DNA from: Patescibacteria group bacterium
Lineage (GTDB): Bacteria; Patescibacteriota; WWE3; UBA101185; UBA10185
Assembly: GCA_042571515.1 (NCBI GenBank)
Contig: JBHPHX010000002.1
Span: 31,164 to 95,163, forward strand
Direction of reading: 5' to 3'
Length of the DNA: 64,000 nt
How positions within the stretch are numbered: position 1 is the first letter of the stretch; the number at the start of each line of letters is the position of its first letter. The notes under the pieces are model-generated. The model ran no database searches, was not told the origin of the DNA, and was given only the letters and a program-made list of their open reading frames with translations. Both the position numbers and the translations under genes were made by a program. Positions 29,312-38,335 of the stretch are shown piece by piece.

Positions 29312-30442
29312 TCAACCTATTTTAACATTTTTCTTCCAAATCAACCTGCTGTAAACCGCATAATTCCAGATCAGGCCTATAAATATTCCAACAAAGAACG
29401 CTAAATTAGAAGTTACGAAGGTGTCTCCAAATCTAGTGGTGCTATACCCAATTAACCAAGACCTAAAAATAATGGGGATGTATGAAGACACACAGTATAC
29501 AATAAAGCTTATTATTTTTTTACTATTCTTTTCTATTTTTCTATCACCAAAAGACCACAAGTTATTAAGTGTATAAGTGGTTAACATACCTATAAGCCCC
29601 GAGGCGTACGAAGCTGTATCTGAACCCAGAGGTGTAATCCTTAATATATTAAAACTAGTACTATCTACAAACAAACCAATAAAACCAACTACAACAAATT
29701 TCAAAAAGCTTAAATGCCTCCTAATTCGTAACAATATGATCACTTTAAGGGAATCTATTGCGTTATCTCTTTCCATTTTGGAGTCTCCCTGACCTCTGAG
29801 GCCAAATTTAATTGGAACTTCGCATATTTTGGCTCCAAGTTGGCTCATTTTATAAAGTAGATCTATCTTGTAAGCAAAGCCTTTGGAATTAACAGCCCCT
29901 AAGTCAACCCGGTTTAGGAAACCTTCGACCCTGGTCAACTTAAAGCCAGTGGTAAAGTCATTAATGTTAAAAACACCCAAAACCATTTTAGAGACAATGT
30001 TCCCAACCACACTCAAAAACTTTCTATAAAAAGCCCATTCTTTTGGAATGCTTCCACCTTCTATAAAACGGGATCCAATAACATAGTCCGCACCTTTGTC
30101 AAGCTCTTCAATTAGCTTTGGAAGGTCTTTGGGATCGTGTTGAAAGTCAGCATCCATTTCAATAACTGCTTCAGCTCCCATATTCTCCATAGCGTATTTG
30201 AATCCATGAATATACGCTGCCCCAAGTCCTTCCTTTTCTTTCCTTAGTAAAAGGTGAATATTTTTGTATTCTTGACTCAAATCGGAAACAATATCCGCAG
30301 TTCCATCAGGAGAACTGTCATCTACTACTAAAATATTAATTTCGTGGTGAGAAAAGTTTTCGGTTTCTTTAAGTATTAGAGGTAACAACCTTCCAACATT
30401 TTCGGCCTCATTGTAGGTTGGTATCACAATTACAATTTTCAT
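29312..30442 (-). CDS. GT2 polyprenyl-monophosphate sugar synthase fused to a GtrA-like membrane domain
   Basis: KIVIVIPTYNEAENV, VIEMDADFQHDP. The C-terminal four hydrophobic helices carry FLKFVVVGFIG...NNLWSFGDRK (GtrA-like). Confidence 0.85.
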   Translation of the reverse strand: MKIVIVIPTYNEAENVGRLLPLILKETENFSHHEINILVVDDSSPDGTADIVSDLSQEYKNIHLLLRKEKEGLGAAYIHGFKYAMENMGAEAVIEMDADFQHDPKDLPKLIEELDKGADYVIGSRFIEGGSIPKEWAFYRKFLSVVGNIVSKMVLGVFNINDFTTGFKLTRVEGFLNRVDLGAVNSKGFAYKIDLLYKMSQLGAKICEVPIKFGLRGQGDSKMERDNAIDSLKVIILLRIRRHLSFLKFVVVGFIGLFVDSTSFNILRITPLGSDTASYASGLIGMLTTYTLNNLWSFGDRKIEKNSKKIISFIVYCVSSYIPIIFRSWLIGYSTTRFGDTFVTSNLAFFVGIFIGLIWNYAVYSRLIWKKNVKIG

Positions 30443-30445
30443 ATC

Positions 30446-30703
30446 TTAATTACCGATGACTATAAGCAGTATTAAATTAGCTACCAAACCTATAAGTATA
30501 TACTCCATGGCGACCAAGCGAGTTAGTCTTTTTTCTAAGTAGTGGTGGATGACTCCCCAGGTTACATAACCAAATGAGCCAAGTGTGGAAATAACCCTAA
30601 GAGAAGGAGGATCAAATCTGAAATTCCAAAACAAAAATATAAATCCTATAACTGATATGACCAAGGCGGCATATTCAACTGTTTTATAAGTCTTGAAGTT
30701 CAT
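30446..30703 (-). CDS. small membrane protein (3 predicted helices)
   Basis: 85-aa ORF. 4-nt overlap with the upstream CAP-domain gene. Hydrophobic. Confidence 0.5.
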   Translation of the reverse strand: MNFKTYKTVEYAALVISVIGFIFLFWNFRFDPPSLRVISTLGSFGYVTWGVIHHYLEKRLTRLVAMEYILIGLVANLILLIVIGN

Positions 30704-31602
30704 AAAATAGCTCCAGGCAAAACAGAAATGAGTACGCTACCTAATACTACAATGAGAAACAGCAAGTGGGCTAGGGTATGTCCAGAAACTTTAAGAATTT
30801 TGTGTTTCTTTGAGTACCAAAGGTCCAAGGAGAATAATGTTACCAAAAACCCGCCAAATAAGAATGTTGTCGACCTAGAGACTTGTCTAACATCCAGAAC
30901 TGGGCTTGTAACAACGGGCTCTCCTACCGTTTCTATTTGTACACTATTTACTTCTGGAAAAGCTTCTTCCACCACAGGGACTTCTGCCAAATAGGCTGGG
31001 CTCCTACCTTTACCAAACATTTGTACTACTAGGGTTGTTTCATAACCATCTAAAACCCCATTCACTACAGCAAATCCAATTTCTTCATAATTTGGGTTCA
31101 TGAGGTTCTCTCTATGGGTTGGGGATTGAACCCATGCTTCTACCACACTTTTTGAGTTAGAAAAGTTTTTGGCTAGGTTTTCCCCAGCGTAGATGTAGTC
31201 ATAACCAGAAGATAAGATAAAATCCCAAGGTTCGGTACCATCAGGGGAAACATGAGCCCAATAATTATTTTCAAACATGTGTTTAGCCTTTTGAGCAGCG
31301 GCTTTGGAAAGAGTGGGGTTAAATTCCAAGGTTCCAAGTCCGGCCTCTTCTCTTTCTTTATTGGTGTATCTTAGTAAATCGGAAGTACTAATATTTGATG
31401 CGTAACCTAATATTCCTGGGAGATACCTTGGTACAAGCCTAAAAAACCCAAGAAGAACTACAAGCAGGAGTACGTAGCCCAAAAGAGCGTTTAGAGACAA
31501 TAACCTAGCCCGTTTTCTTTGCTCGGGGTGAGGTAAAAAATGATATATGAAACGATATTTTTTTATTGCTTCTACTTCTCTGTTTGGCGAGTATGCTTGC
31601 AT
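30700..31602 (-). CDS. membrane-anchored CAP/SCP (PR-1-like) domain protein
   Basis: YWAHVSPDG...YAGENLA...VEAWVQSPTHRENLMNPNYEEIGFAV is a CAP-domain signature. Hydrophobic segments flank it on both sides. Confidence 0.7.
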   Translation of the reverse strand: MQAYSPNREVEAIKKYRFIYHFLPHPEQRKRARLLSLNALLGYVLLLVVLLGFFRLVPRYLPGILGYASNISTSDLLRYTNKEREEAGLGTLEFNPTLSKAAAQKAKHMFENNYWAHVSPDGTEPWDFILSSGYDYIYAGENLAKNFSNSKSVVEAWVQSPTHRENLMNPNYEEIGFAVVNGVLDGYETTLVVQMFGKGRSPAYLAEVPVVEEAFPEVNSVQIETVGEPVVTSPVLDVRQVSRSTTFLFGGFLVTLFSLDLWYSKKHKILKVSGHTLAHLLFLIVVLGSVLISVLPGAIL

Positions 31603-31688
31603 TACCTTAAAATTATATCACTCCAAAACAAAAACAGGATAAGTAGCGGAAAAAGCGTGGTTTCCCAACTTATAAGTTAATTGCAGGA

Positions 31689-32240
31689 TTATTTTTGAGT
31701 AAAAGTCAGTAAACTTTCCTTAACCAGTTCAAAAACCTCATCTTTCGTTCCTTCCCCATCAATCTCTAATAATATTCCTTGGTTTTCGTACATATCTACA
31801 ACAGGCACTGTTAGCGTTTTGTATAATTCAAAACGGGTTTTTAAAATGTCTAGGGAGTCGTCTTTCCTGCTTTCTAGTTCAGCTCGCTTCTTAGTTCTCT
31901 CAATGGCAGTTTCTTCGCATATTGTGATGTGGATTACCGCGTCAGGTTTAGGATCAAACTGCTCTAAATCACTCATTCGGCGTCCCCAACCATCCAAAAT
32001 ATATCCATTTTGATATTTTTCTTCGGAAATAGCTTCTTCCAGTAACCTTCCAATAATGTCGTTAGGAACAAGATTTCCTTTATCCATTTCCTTGTGAATC
32101 ATTTCATACCAAACTGATTCTTTAGGAACATTGCGTAATTGTTGACCAACACTAACAAGGGGTAGCTTCAAATACTCACTTAATTTTTTTCCTACTGTTC
32201 CTTTTCCGCTTGCCGGCGCCCCCATTAAAAGTATTTTCAT
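31689..32240 (-). CDS. adk: adenylate kinase (short form)
   Basis: MKILLMGAPASGKGT P-loop. 183 aa. Sits after secY, as in spc operons. Confidence 0.85.
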   Translation of the reverse strand: MKILLMGAPASGKGTVGKKLSEYLKLPLVSVGQQLRNVPKESVWYEMIHKEMDKGNLVPNDIIGRLLEEAISEEKYQNGYILDGWGRRMSDLEQFDPKPDAVIHITICEETAIERTKKRAELESRKDDSLDILKTRFELYKTLTVPVVDMYENQGILLEIDGEGTKDEVFELVKESLLTFTQK

Positions 32241-32269
32241 AATATTAGTGTACCAATTTTTCTATGGCA

Positions 32270-32536
32270 TTAAAGTCCAGGGAAGCCGAGGTCGCCGAGT
32301 TGGCCACGCATCTGCTTCTCCACCTTTTTATCCACCTTCTTAAAAGCCTTATTTAACACGTCTCTAAGTTCCTTATTTTCCTCCCCTTCAATCTCTAAAA
32401 AATCTATCTTCTTATCCCCTCTCACACGAATTGTCACTCCACGTGACTCCTCTGTCACATAAATTTGCTCCATCTCCTTTTTAATTTGAGACTGAGCCTT
32501 TCTCAAACTGTTTGCATCCTTTAATTTATCAAGCAT
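32270..32536 (-). CDS. ybaB: YbaB/EbfC family nucleoid-associated protein
   Basis: 88 aa with a ...KAQSQIKKEMEQ...V.V.GD..I..LEI...L.....A...V... pattern and a C-terminal GFPGL, as in YbaB. Confidence 0.7.
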   Translation of the reverse strand: MLDKLKDANSLRKAQSQIKKEMEQIYVTEESRGVTIRVRGDKKIDFLEIEGEENKELRDVLNKAFKKVDKKVEKQMRGQLGDLGFPGL

Positions 32537-32546
32537 ATAGATCCTT

Positions 32547-33803
32547 TCAATCTAAGAAACTTTGGTAATTTCTAGTTACTAGCATAGACTCTACTTGGCG
32601 AATTGTATCCAAAACAACCGAAACCATAATTAACAAACTCGTACCCCCTACAGTTAAATTTGCAATACCCGTTGTGGAAGAAATAATATAAGGCAAAATT
32701 GCAATGAGACCTAGAAAAAGTGCGCCCACTAAAGTAAGTTTCAAAACTATGTCTTTTAAAAATTTGGAGGTAGTGCGCCCCGGCCTAATACCTGGGACAA
32801 AGCCACCTCTCTTTTTTACATCATCTGCAATTTTTTCTGGGTCAAATTGAGAAAAGGTGTAAAAGAAGGTAAACCCAAAAACCAGTAGAAAATACAACAA
32901 ATTATATAAAAGGGTCTGGGGGCTAAAATTACTTGATAAGAAAAACCCAAATTTTTGTAAAAAAGGATTTGACGCAACCTGAAGCGGACCACCTAAAATT
33001 GATGGAACTTGCACCAAAGCCACAGCAAAAATTATAGGCATAACTCCAGCTTGGTTAATCTTAATTGGTAAGGTATTAGTAACTTTTTGGGTTCGCACTC
33101 CCCTTCTCCCATACTCAAGCGGAATATTTCTTGTCCCCTCATTAACCAAAACCACTCCTGCAATAATAACTATTACCAAAACTAAAAACGCCGAGACTAT
33201 AATCAAACCTTGGGTGTTTAAAAGATCCAAGAAATTAATAACCCCTTGAGGCAATCTGCTAACAATCCCAGCAAAAATAAGAAGAGAAATTCCCTGCCCA
33301 ACACCGTATTCTGTAACCAAATCACCAAGCCAAATCAAAATCATTGAACCACCAATTAATGTAAATAGAAGCGTGGTTAAGCCCAAAGCAGGCAGCTTCT
33401 CTATAATCCCCTGCCTATTTAACAAAAAGTAAACACTATAACCCTGAATTAAACACAAAGGTACTGTTAAAAGCTTGGTATACAGGTTAATCTTCTCTCT
33501 TCCAGCTTCTCCCTCTTTCATAAGTTCTTCAAGAGAGGGGATAATTTTGGAAAACATTTGCACAATAATAGAAGCACTAATGTATGGCCCCAACCCAAGT
33601 GTAACTATAGAAAAATTTTGGAATCCTCCACCACTGAACAAATCAAACATACTAAAAAACGCACTCCCAGACAAAAAGGACTTAACTGCCTCCAAGTCTA
33701 CTCCGGGAACAGGAACTCTTGTTAAAAAGCGAAAAATTGCAATTGCAAATAACGAAAATAAAATCTTGTTACGAACCTCACGATTTTTTAATAACTTATT
33801 CAT
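32547..33803 (-). CDS. secY: preprotein translocase subunit SecY
   Basis: 418 aa, polytopic. Motifs include LGLGPYISASIIVQ. Position after rplO. Confidence 0.95.
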   Translation of the reverse strand: MNKLLKNREVRNKILFSLFAIAIFRFLTRVPVPGVDLEAVKSFLSGSAFFSMFDLFSGGGFQNFSIVTLGLGPYISASIIVQMFSKIIPSLEELMKEGEAGREKINLYTKLLTVPLCLIQGYSVYFLLNRQGIIEKLPALGLTTLLFTLIGGSMILIWLGDLVTEYGVGQGISLLIFAGIVSRLPQGVINFLDLLNTQGLIIVSAFLVLVIVIIAGVVLVNEGTRNIPLEYGRRGVRTQKVTNTLPIKINQAGVMPIIFAVALVQVPSILGGPLQVASNPFLQKFGFFLSSNFSPQTLLYNLLYFLLVFGFTFFYTFSQFDPEKIADDVKKRGGFVPGIRPGRTTSKFLKDIVLKLTLVGALFLGLIAILPYIISSTTGIANLTVGGTSLLIMVSVVLDTIRQVESMLVTRNYQSFLD

Positions 33804-34240
33804 TTCAAAATCTCTGAACCAGATTTCTCTATTAATTCCTTTGCCTTTGCGCTAAATTTAAACCCTTTTAGTTTTATCTTTTTGTGTAAATTTCCAACCG
33901 CTAAAATTTTAACATCGTCTTTTGGTAATTTTTTAAAGAAACCTTTCTCTACCAAACTCTGTGGAATCACTTCCTCACCATTTTTAAAAATATTCAATCT
34001 TGCAAGTGGTACCGAAATAACATCTTTGGAGGTTGGGTTTCTAAAACCGCTTTTCTTGGGAATTTTCTTATACAAAGGAACCTGACCGCCTTCAAAACCA
34101 ACCGGAATACTTTTTCCGGAACGTGCCTTTTGGCCTTTTGTTCCTCTCCCCACAGTATGCCCTCCTTTACCACTACCATAACCCCTGCCAAGTTTCTTTT
34201 TCTTACGTCTTTTTATACTAATTAACTCATGTAATTTCAT
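33800..34240 (-). CDS. rplO: 50S ribosomal protein L15
   Basis: MKLHELISI...RGYGSGKGGHTVGRGTKGQKARSG. Confidence 0.95.
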   Translation of the reverse strand: MKLHELISIKRRKKKKLGRGYGSGKGGHTVGRGTKGQKARSGKSIPVGFEGGQVPLYKKIPKKSGFRNPTSKDVISVPLARLNIFKNGEEVIPQSLVEKGFFKKLPKDDVKILAVGNLHKKIKLKGFKFSAKAKELIEKSGSEILK

Positions 34241-34827
34241 TTTTTATCCTTTTTTGCAACCTTTTTCACCTTTTTCACCACTTTTTTTACTACTTTTTTC
34301 TTCTCCACCTTGTCATTGCGAACCTGCTTTGTAGGTGTGGCAATCTCTTTTTCTTTCTCCCTCCCTCCTACCTTCTTCAACTTCTCCAAAGCTTCAATTG
34401 TACACCTAACATTTGACAACTTATTGCTTGAACCAAGCATTTTTGCAGATACATCCTTTACGCCAGCCAACTCCAAAACTGTTCTTAACGCACCTCCCGC
34501 AATAATACCGGAACCTTCAGGTGCTGGTTTTAGAAGCACCCTCGCAGCAGCATATTTATGATTAACTTCATGCGGAATAGTGGAACCAGAAAGATTTATT
34601 TTAACAATGTTCTGCTTAGCTTTGGAAATACCCTGTTGAATTGCTTTTGAAACGTCCCTTGACTTTCCTAATGCCGCCGCAATTTTCCCATTTTTGTTTC
34701 CTATCACAATCAGCGCTGTAAACCCAATAGCATTTCCTCCAGTAGTTTTTTTGGAAACTCTTTTTATCTGATAAACGCGCTCTTCAAATTCTTTGGTTTG
34801 TACAAAGCCAGATCCTGATTTAATCAT
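34237..34827 (-). CDS. rpsE: 30S ribosomal protein S5 with lysine-rich C-terminal extension
   Basis: VKINLSGSTIPHEV...GSGIIAGGALRTVLELAGVKDV. Tail: ...KKKVVKKVVKKVKKVAKKDKK. The stop overlaps the rplO start, so no L30 gene lies between them. Confidence 0.95.
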   Translation of the reverse strand: MIKSGSGFVQTKEFEERVYQIKRVSKKTTGGNAIGFTALIVIGNKNGKIAAALGKSRDVSKAIQQGISKAKQNIVKINLSGSTIPHEVNHKYAAARVLLKPAPEGSGIIAGGALRTVLELAGVKDVSAKMLGSSNKLSNVRCTIEALEKLKKVGGREKEKEIATPTKQVRNDKVEKKKVVKKVVKKVKKVAKKDKK

Positions 34828-35156
34828 AATTTCAAGCCTCCTTTTCTAGCACCTTCTGCCACATTTTTCACAACACCATGATATTTATATCCACTTCTAT
34901 CAAAAACTACATCTTTAATTTTTTTCTTTTTCGCCTCTGCTGCTAACTCTTCTCCAACTTTTAACCCGCCCTCCATATTTCCACTTCCCTTTACGGTAAC
35001 TAGTGTTTTTCCCTTAACGTCATCAATAAGTTGAGCGTAAACATATTTATTTGATTTAAAAATAGAAATTCTAGGGATTTTTGCTGTGCCAGAAATCTTT
35101 TTTCTTACCCTTAGCTCTCTTCTTTCTTTATTTGTTTTTCTTAATTTAACTTTCAT
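34824..35156 (-). CDS. rplR: 50S ribosomal protein L18
   Basis: RELRVRKKISGTAKIPRISIFKSNKYVYAQLIDD. Confidence 0.95.
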   Translation of the reverse strand: MKVKLRKTNKERRELRVRKKISGTAKIPRISIFKSNKYVYAQLIDDVKGKTLVTVKGSGNMEGGLKVGEELAAEAKKKKIKDVVFDRSGYKYHGVVKNVAEGARKGGLKL

Positions 35157-35695
35157 CAGATTTTACCTGCCTTACCTGGCTTCCTTTTTACAATTTCGTC
35201 TATATATTTAATCCCTTTTCCTTTATAGGGCTCAGGTTTTTTAAACGATCTAATTTTTGCGGCCACAAGACCAACCTGCTGTTTGTCAATTCCCTTTATT
35301 GTAATATTTTTGTTATCTACAACTTCGAGTTTTACTCCCTCTGGAGGAGAATACTCAACCGGGTGGGAAAACCCTAAACTTAAAGTAATTCCCTCATCAG
35401 CCTTGGCTACCCTATACCCAACTCCAACCAACTCCAGTTTTTTCTCATATCCCTTGGTAACACCACCTACCATATTTGCAATAAGTGCTCTGGTCATTCC
35501 CCAAAAAGCCTTTGCTTCTTTGGACTTTTCCCCAATAGAAGCCTCTATAATCCCATCCTTAACCTCAACCTTAATTTCTGGTCTTATTTCTTGCTTTAAC
35601 TCACCATTTGGGCCTTTCACAGTTATAAAGCCTTTGGAAATCTCTGCTGTTACGCCCTCAGGCAATTCAATTGGTAATTTTCCAATTCTAGACAT
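35156..35695 (-). CDS. rplF: 50S ribosomal protein L6
   Basis: MSRIGKLPIELPEGV...KGKGIKY. Confidence 0.95.
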   Translation of the reverse strand: MSRIGKLPIELPEGVTAEISKGFITVKGPNGELKQEIRPEIKVEVKDGIIEASIGEKSKEAKAFWGMTRALIANMVGGVTKGYEKKLELVGVGYRVAKADEGITLSLGFSHPVEYSPPEGVKLEVVDNKNITIKGIDKQQVGLVAAKIRSFKKPEPYKGKGIKYIDEIVKRKPGKAGKI

Positions 35696-36093
35696 TAGGA
35701 TACCTCACACAAAATTTCTCCACCTAACTTCTTTTGTTTGGCTTGCATGCCCTCCATAATTCCCCTGGAAGTAGAAAGCACCAAAATTCCAAATCCTCCT
35801 GAAACTGGTCTAATGTCTCTTGCCTTCATATATAGTCTTCTTCCGGGTTTAGAGATCCTTTTGACGTCTGATATTTTGAAGTCATCACCTTCTTTTGCAA
35901 GTTCCAGTCTTAAGCCTTTGTGTTTTTTTCCCTTGGTCTTAAAGGACTTTACCTCACTCAAAAACCCAGCACTTTTCAGCACTTTCGCAACTGACTCACA
36001 CTCCTTAGAGTGAACTGTCTCAATAAAACTATTCCCCGCCATGACGGCGTTTTTGATTGAACTTAACATGTTTGACAATCTATCTATACTCAT
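35695..36093 (-). CDS. rpsH: 30S ribosomal protein S8
   Basis: DRLSNMLSSIKNA...GGEILCEV. Confidence 0.95.
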   Translation of the reverse strand: MSIDRLSNMLSSIKNAVMAGNSFIETVHSKECESVAKVLKSAGFLSEVKSFKTKGKKHKGLRLELAKEGDDFKISDVKRISKPGRRLYMKARDIRPVSGGFGILVLSTSRGIMEGMQAKQKKLGGEILCEVS

Positions 36094-36097
36094 ATTT

Positions 36098-36286
36098 TTA
36101 CCAACTTGCTTTCTTTACTCCAGGAAGTTCTCCTTTGTGAGCCAACTCCCTAAAACACTTCCTACAAATTTCAAACCTTCTCATATAACCTCTAGGATTA
36201 CCGCAAAGTCGGCACCTATTATAGGCCCTAACTTTGAATTTGAAGTTTCCTCTCTTATGTTTTTGTATTAACGCTTCTTTAGCCAT
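36098..36286 (-). CDS. rpsZ: 30S ribosomal protein S14 type Z (zinc-binding)
   Basis: 62 aa. CRLCG...CRKC cysteine pairs. Confidence 0.95.
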   Translation of the reverse strand: MAKEALIQKHKRGNFKFKVRAYNRCRLCGNPRGYMRRFEICRKCFRELAHKGELPGVKKASW

Positions 36287-36308
36287 AAACAGTCGCTACT
36301 ATAGCACT

Positions 36309-36854
36309 TTATGCCTCTTTTTTAAACGGCATGCCTAAATAATTTAATAATGCTTTATTTAACTTTTTGTCATTGCTTGAACTAACAATTGTAACCTGCA
36401 GACTTCTCACTCCTTTTATAGTGTTGGGATTAACCTCCGGAAAAATTACGTGTTCAGTTATTCCAAAGCTGTAGTTTCCAGCCTCATCAAAGGAATTGGG
36501 ATTTAAACCCCTAAAATCCCTAATTCTAGGGATAGCTATACTCACAAGCTTGTCAAAAAATGCCCACATTTTGTCTCTTCTTAAAGTTGCACTGTATCCT
36601 ACAACATCTCCTTTTCTAATCTTAAATCCAGCTACTGATAACCTTGCTTTTCTGGGGTGCGGGGTTTGTCCCAACAACTGCCCTAATTCATTTACAAAAC
36701 TTTCAATTGCGTCTTTATTATCTTTAAAATCGCCAATTCCTGTATTTACTACAACTTTCTGAAGTCTTGGAACTGCCATAATACTTTTGAGACCAAACTC
36801 TTTTTGCATTTTTGGCGCTATATCTTTTTTGTATATTTCTTGTAATCTAGTCAT
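36309..36854 (-). CDS. rplE: 50S ribosomal protein L5
   Basis: [19 protein letters not shown]...FPEV. Confidence 0.95.
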   Translation of the reverse strand: MTRLQEIYKKDIAPKMQKEFGLKSIMAVPRLQKVVVNTGIGDFKDNKDAIESFVNELGQLLGQTPHPRKARLSVAGFKIRKGDVVGYSATLRRDKMWAFFDKLVSIAIPRIRDFRGLNPNSFDEAGNYSFGITEHVIFPEVNPNTIKGVRSLQVTIVSSSNDKKLNKALLNYLGMPFKKEA

Positions 36855-37161
36855 TTTTTAACACCTCTCCACTTTTTTTATTTACCCTATATTTTTTACC
36901 GTCAATAATCTTAGAACCTAATTTAACGGGTTTATTAGATTTGCTGTCAAAATACATCACATTGGAAACGTTAATGGGTAGCTCTTTGGTAATAATTCCA
37001 CCTTCTTTGGATACTGCACCTGGCTTGACGTGCTTTTTTACCAAATTTATACCTTCAACTAACACTCTTCCCTTCTCGGGAAATACTTTTAGGACAACGC
37101 CTTTCTTGCCCTTATGCTTTCCACTTATTACCTGTACTGTATCTTTTTTACGTATTTTCAT
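36847..37161 (-). CDS. rplX: 50S ribosomal protein L24
   Basis: [26 protein letters not shown]. Confidence 0.95.
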   Translation of the reverse strand: MKIRKKDTVQVISGKHKGKKGVVLKVFPEKGRVLVEGINLVKKHVKPGAVSKEGGIITKELPINVSNVMYFDSKSNKPVKLGSKIIDGKKYRVNKKSGEVLKND

Positions 37162-37164
37162 TTT

Positions 37165-37533
37165 TTACCAAACTTCCTTTGCCAAACTAGCTATTTTTAA
37201 ATAACCTTTATCCCTCACTTCTCTTGCCACCGGTCCAAAAACCCTGGTACCAAGCATATTTCCGTCTTTACTTATAATTACAGCTGCATTATCATCAAAT
37301 CTTACGTAACTTCCATCTTTTCTTCTCACTTCTTTTTTGACTCTTACCATAAGGCCTTTTACAATAGAGTGGTCACTGACCACCCCCGTGGAACTAGCTC
37401 CACTAACAACTACGGTTACCACATCCCCAATACTAGCAAATCTCCTCTTGGAACTCCCGGGAATACCAATTAGCTTTAGTTTCTTTGCACCAGAGTTATC
37501 TGCAACTTTTAGTACCGTTCCTACTTGAACCAT
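37165..37533 (-). CDS. rplN: 50S ribosomal protein L14
   Basis: MVQVGTVLKVADNSGAKK... Confidence 0.95.
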   Translation of the reverse strand: MVQVGTVLKVADNSGAKKLKLIGIPGSSKRRFASIGDVVTVVVSGASSTGVVSDHSIVKGLMVRVKKEVRRKDGSYVRFDDNAAVIISKDGNMLGTRVFGPVAREVRDKGYLKIASLAKEVW

Positions 37534-37764
37534 TTACTTATTCTCCACAACTTTCCATTTAACAGTTTTACTAAAAGGAACACATTCCTCAATAGTAACT
37601 ACATCTCCAACCTTTACCCCAATCTCATCCCTGGCTTTAAACTTTTTGGTGTTTTTTATTAATTTTTTGTAAACTGGGTGTCTCTTTGGGGTTTCGACAG
37701 CAATGACCGCTGTCTTCTCCATTTTTGTTGACACTACTTTTCCAGTAAATCTTTTTTTAGACAT
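37534..37764 (-). CDS. rpsQ: 30S ribosomal protein S17
   Basis: FTGKVVSTKMEKTAVIAVE...HPVYKK. Confidence 0.95.
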   Translation of the reverse strand: MSKKRFTGKVVSTKMEKTAVIAVETPKRHPVYKKLIKNTKKFKARDEIGVKVGDVVTIEECVPFSKTVKWKVVENK

Positions 37765-37921
37765 TTTTCTTCTCCATAGAAATCTTTGTAACTACTCTTG
37801 CTACCTCTTTTCTTAAAAACTTTAGTTTGCTCACATTTTTCTCTTTGCCTTTATACACCGCTGCTACCACATCTTCAAGTTCTTTTTGTTTACTTTTTAG
37901 TTCTTTTTGTAAATCTTTCAT
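37757..37921 (-). CDS. rpmC: 50S ribosomal protein L29 (54 aa; absent from the supplied ORF track)
   Basis: Hand translation of the minus strand gives [54 protein letters not shown]. The ATG overlaps the rplP TGA (ATGA at 37918..37921), and the stop overlaps the rpsQ start by 8 nt. This is the expected L16-L29-S17 position. Confidence 0.85.
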   Translation of the reverse strand: MKDLQKELKSKQKELEDVVAAVYKGKEKNVSKLKFLRKEVARVVTKISMEKKNV

Positions 37922-38331
37922 AGTGAATCCCTTGCTACAAATTTGGTTTTCATAGGTAATTTATCCGAGGCTCTCTTGAAAGCAGCTTTGGCAAGTTCCT
38001 CTGGAATACCAGAAATTTCAAAAATAATCTTTCCAGGCTTGATTACTGCAGCATAGTGGTCAGGGGCTGACTTCCCGCTTCCCATTCTTGTTTCTTGGGC
38101 TTTCTTGGATACAGATTTGTCTGGAAAAACCCTAATCCAAAGTTTTCCCCCTCTTTTTGTTTTATGGGCAATGGCCTTTCTAGCAGCCTCAATTTGTCTT
38201 GAAGTTAGTAAGCCCCTATCCACGGCTTTTAACCCAAATTCTCCAAAGGAAATAGAAGCGCCACGAGTAGCTATACCCTTATTCCCTCCTCTTTGATGCT
38301 TACGATATTTAACTTTTCTTGGCATTAACAT
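37918..38331 (-). CDS. rplP: 50S ribosomal protein L16
   Basis: [15 protein letters not shown]... Confidence 0.95.
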   Translation of the reverse strand: MLMPRKVKYRKHQRGGNKGIATRGASISFGEFGLKAVDRGLLTSRQIEAARKAIAHKTKRGGKLWIRVFPDKSVSKKAQETRMGSGKSAPDHYAAVIKPGKIIFEISGIPEELAKAAFKRASDKLPMKTKFVARDSL

Positions 38332-38335
38332 ATTT

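Noticed and set aside
34237-34380. The lysine-rich S5 tail as a fused remnant of L30
   Set aside because: There is no similarity to the L30 sequence as I remember it. The tail is simple K/V repeat, so it is kept only as an observation about S5.
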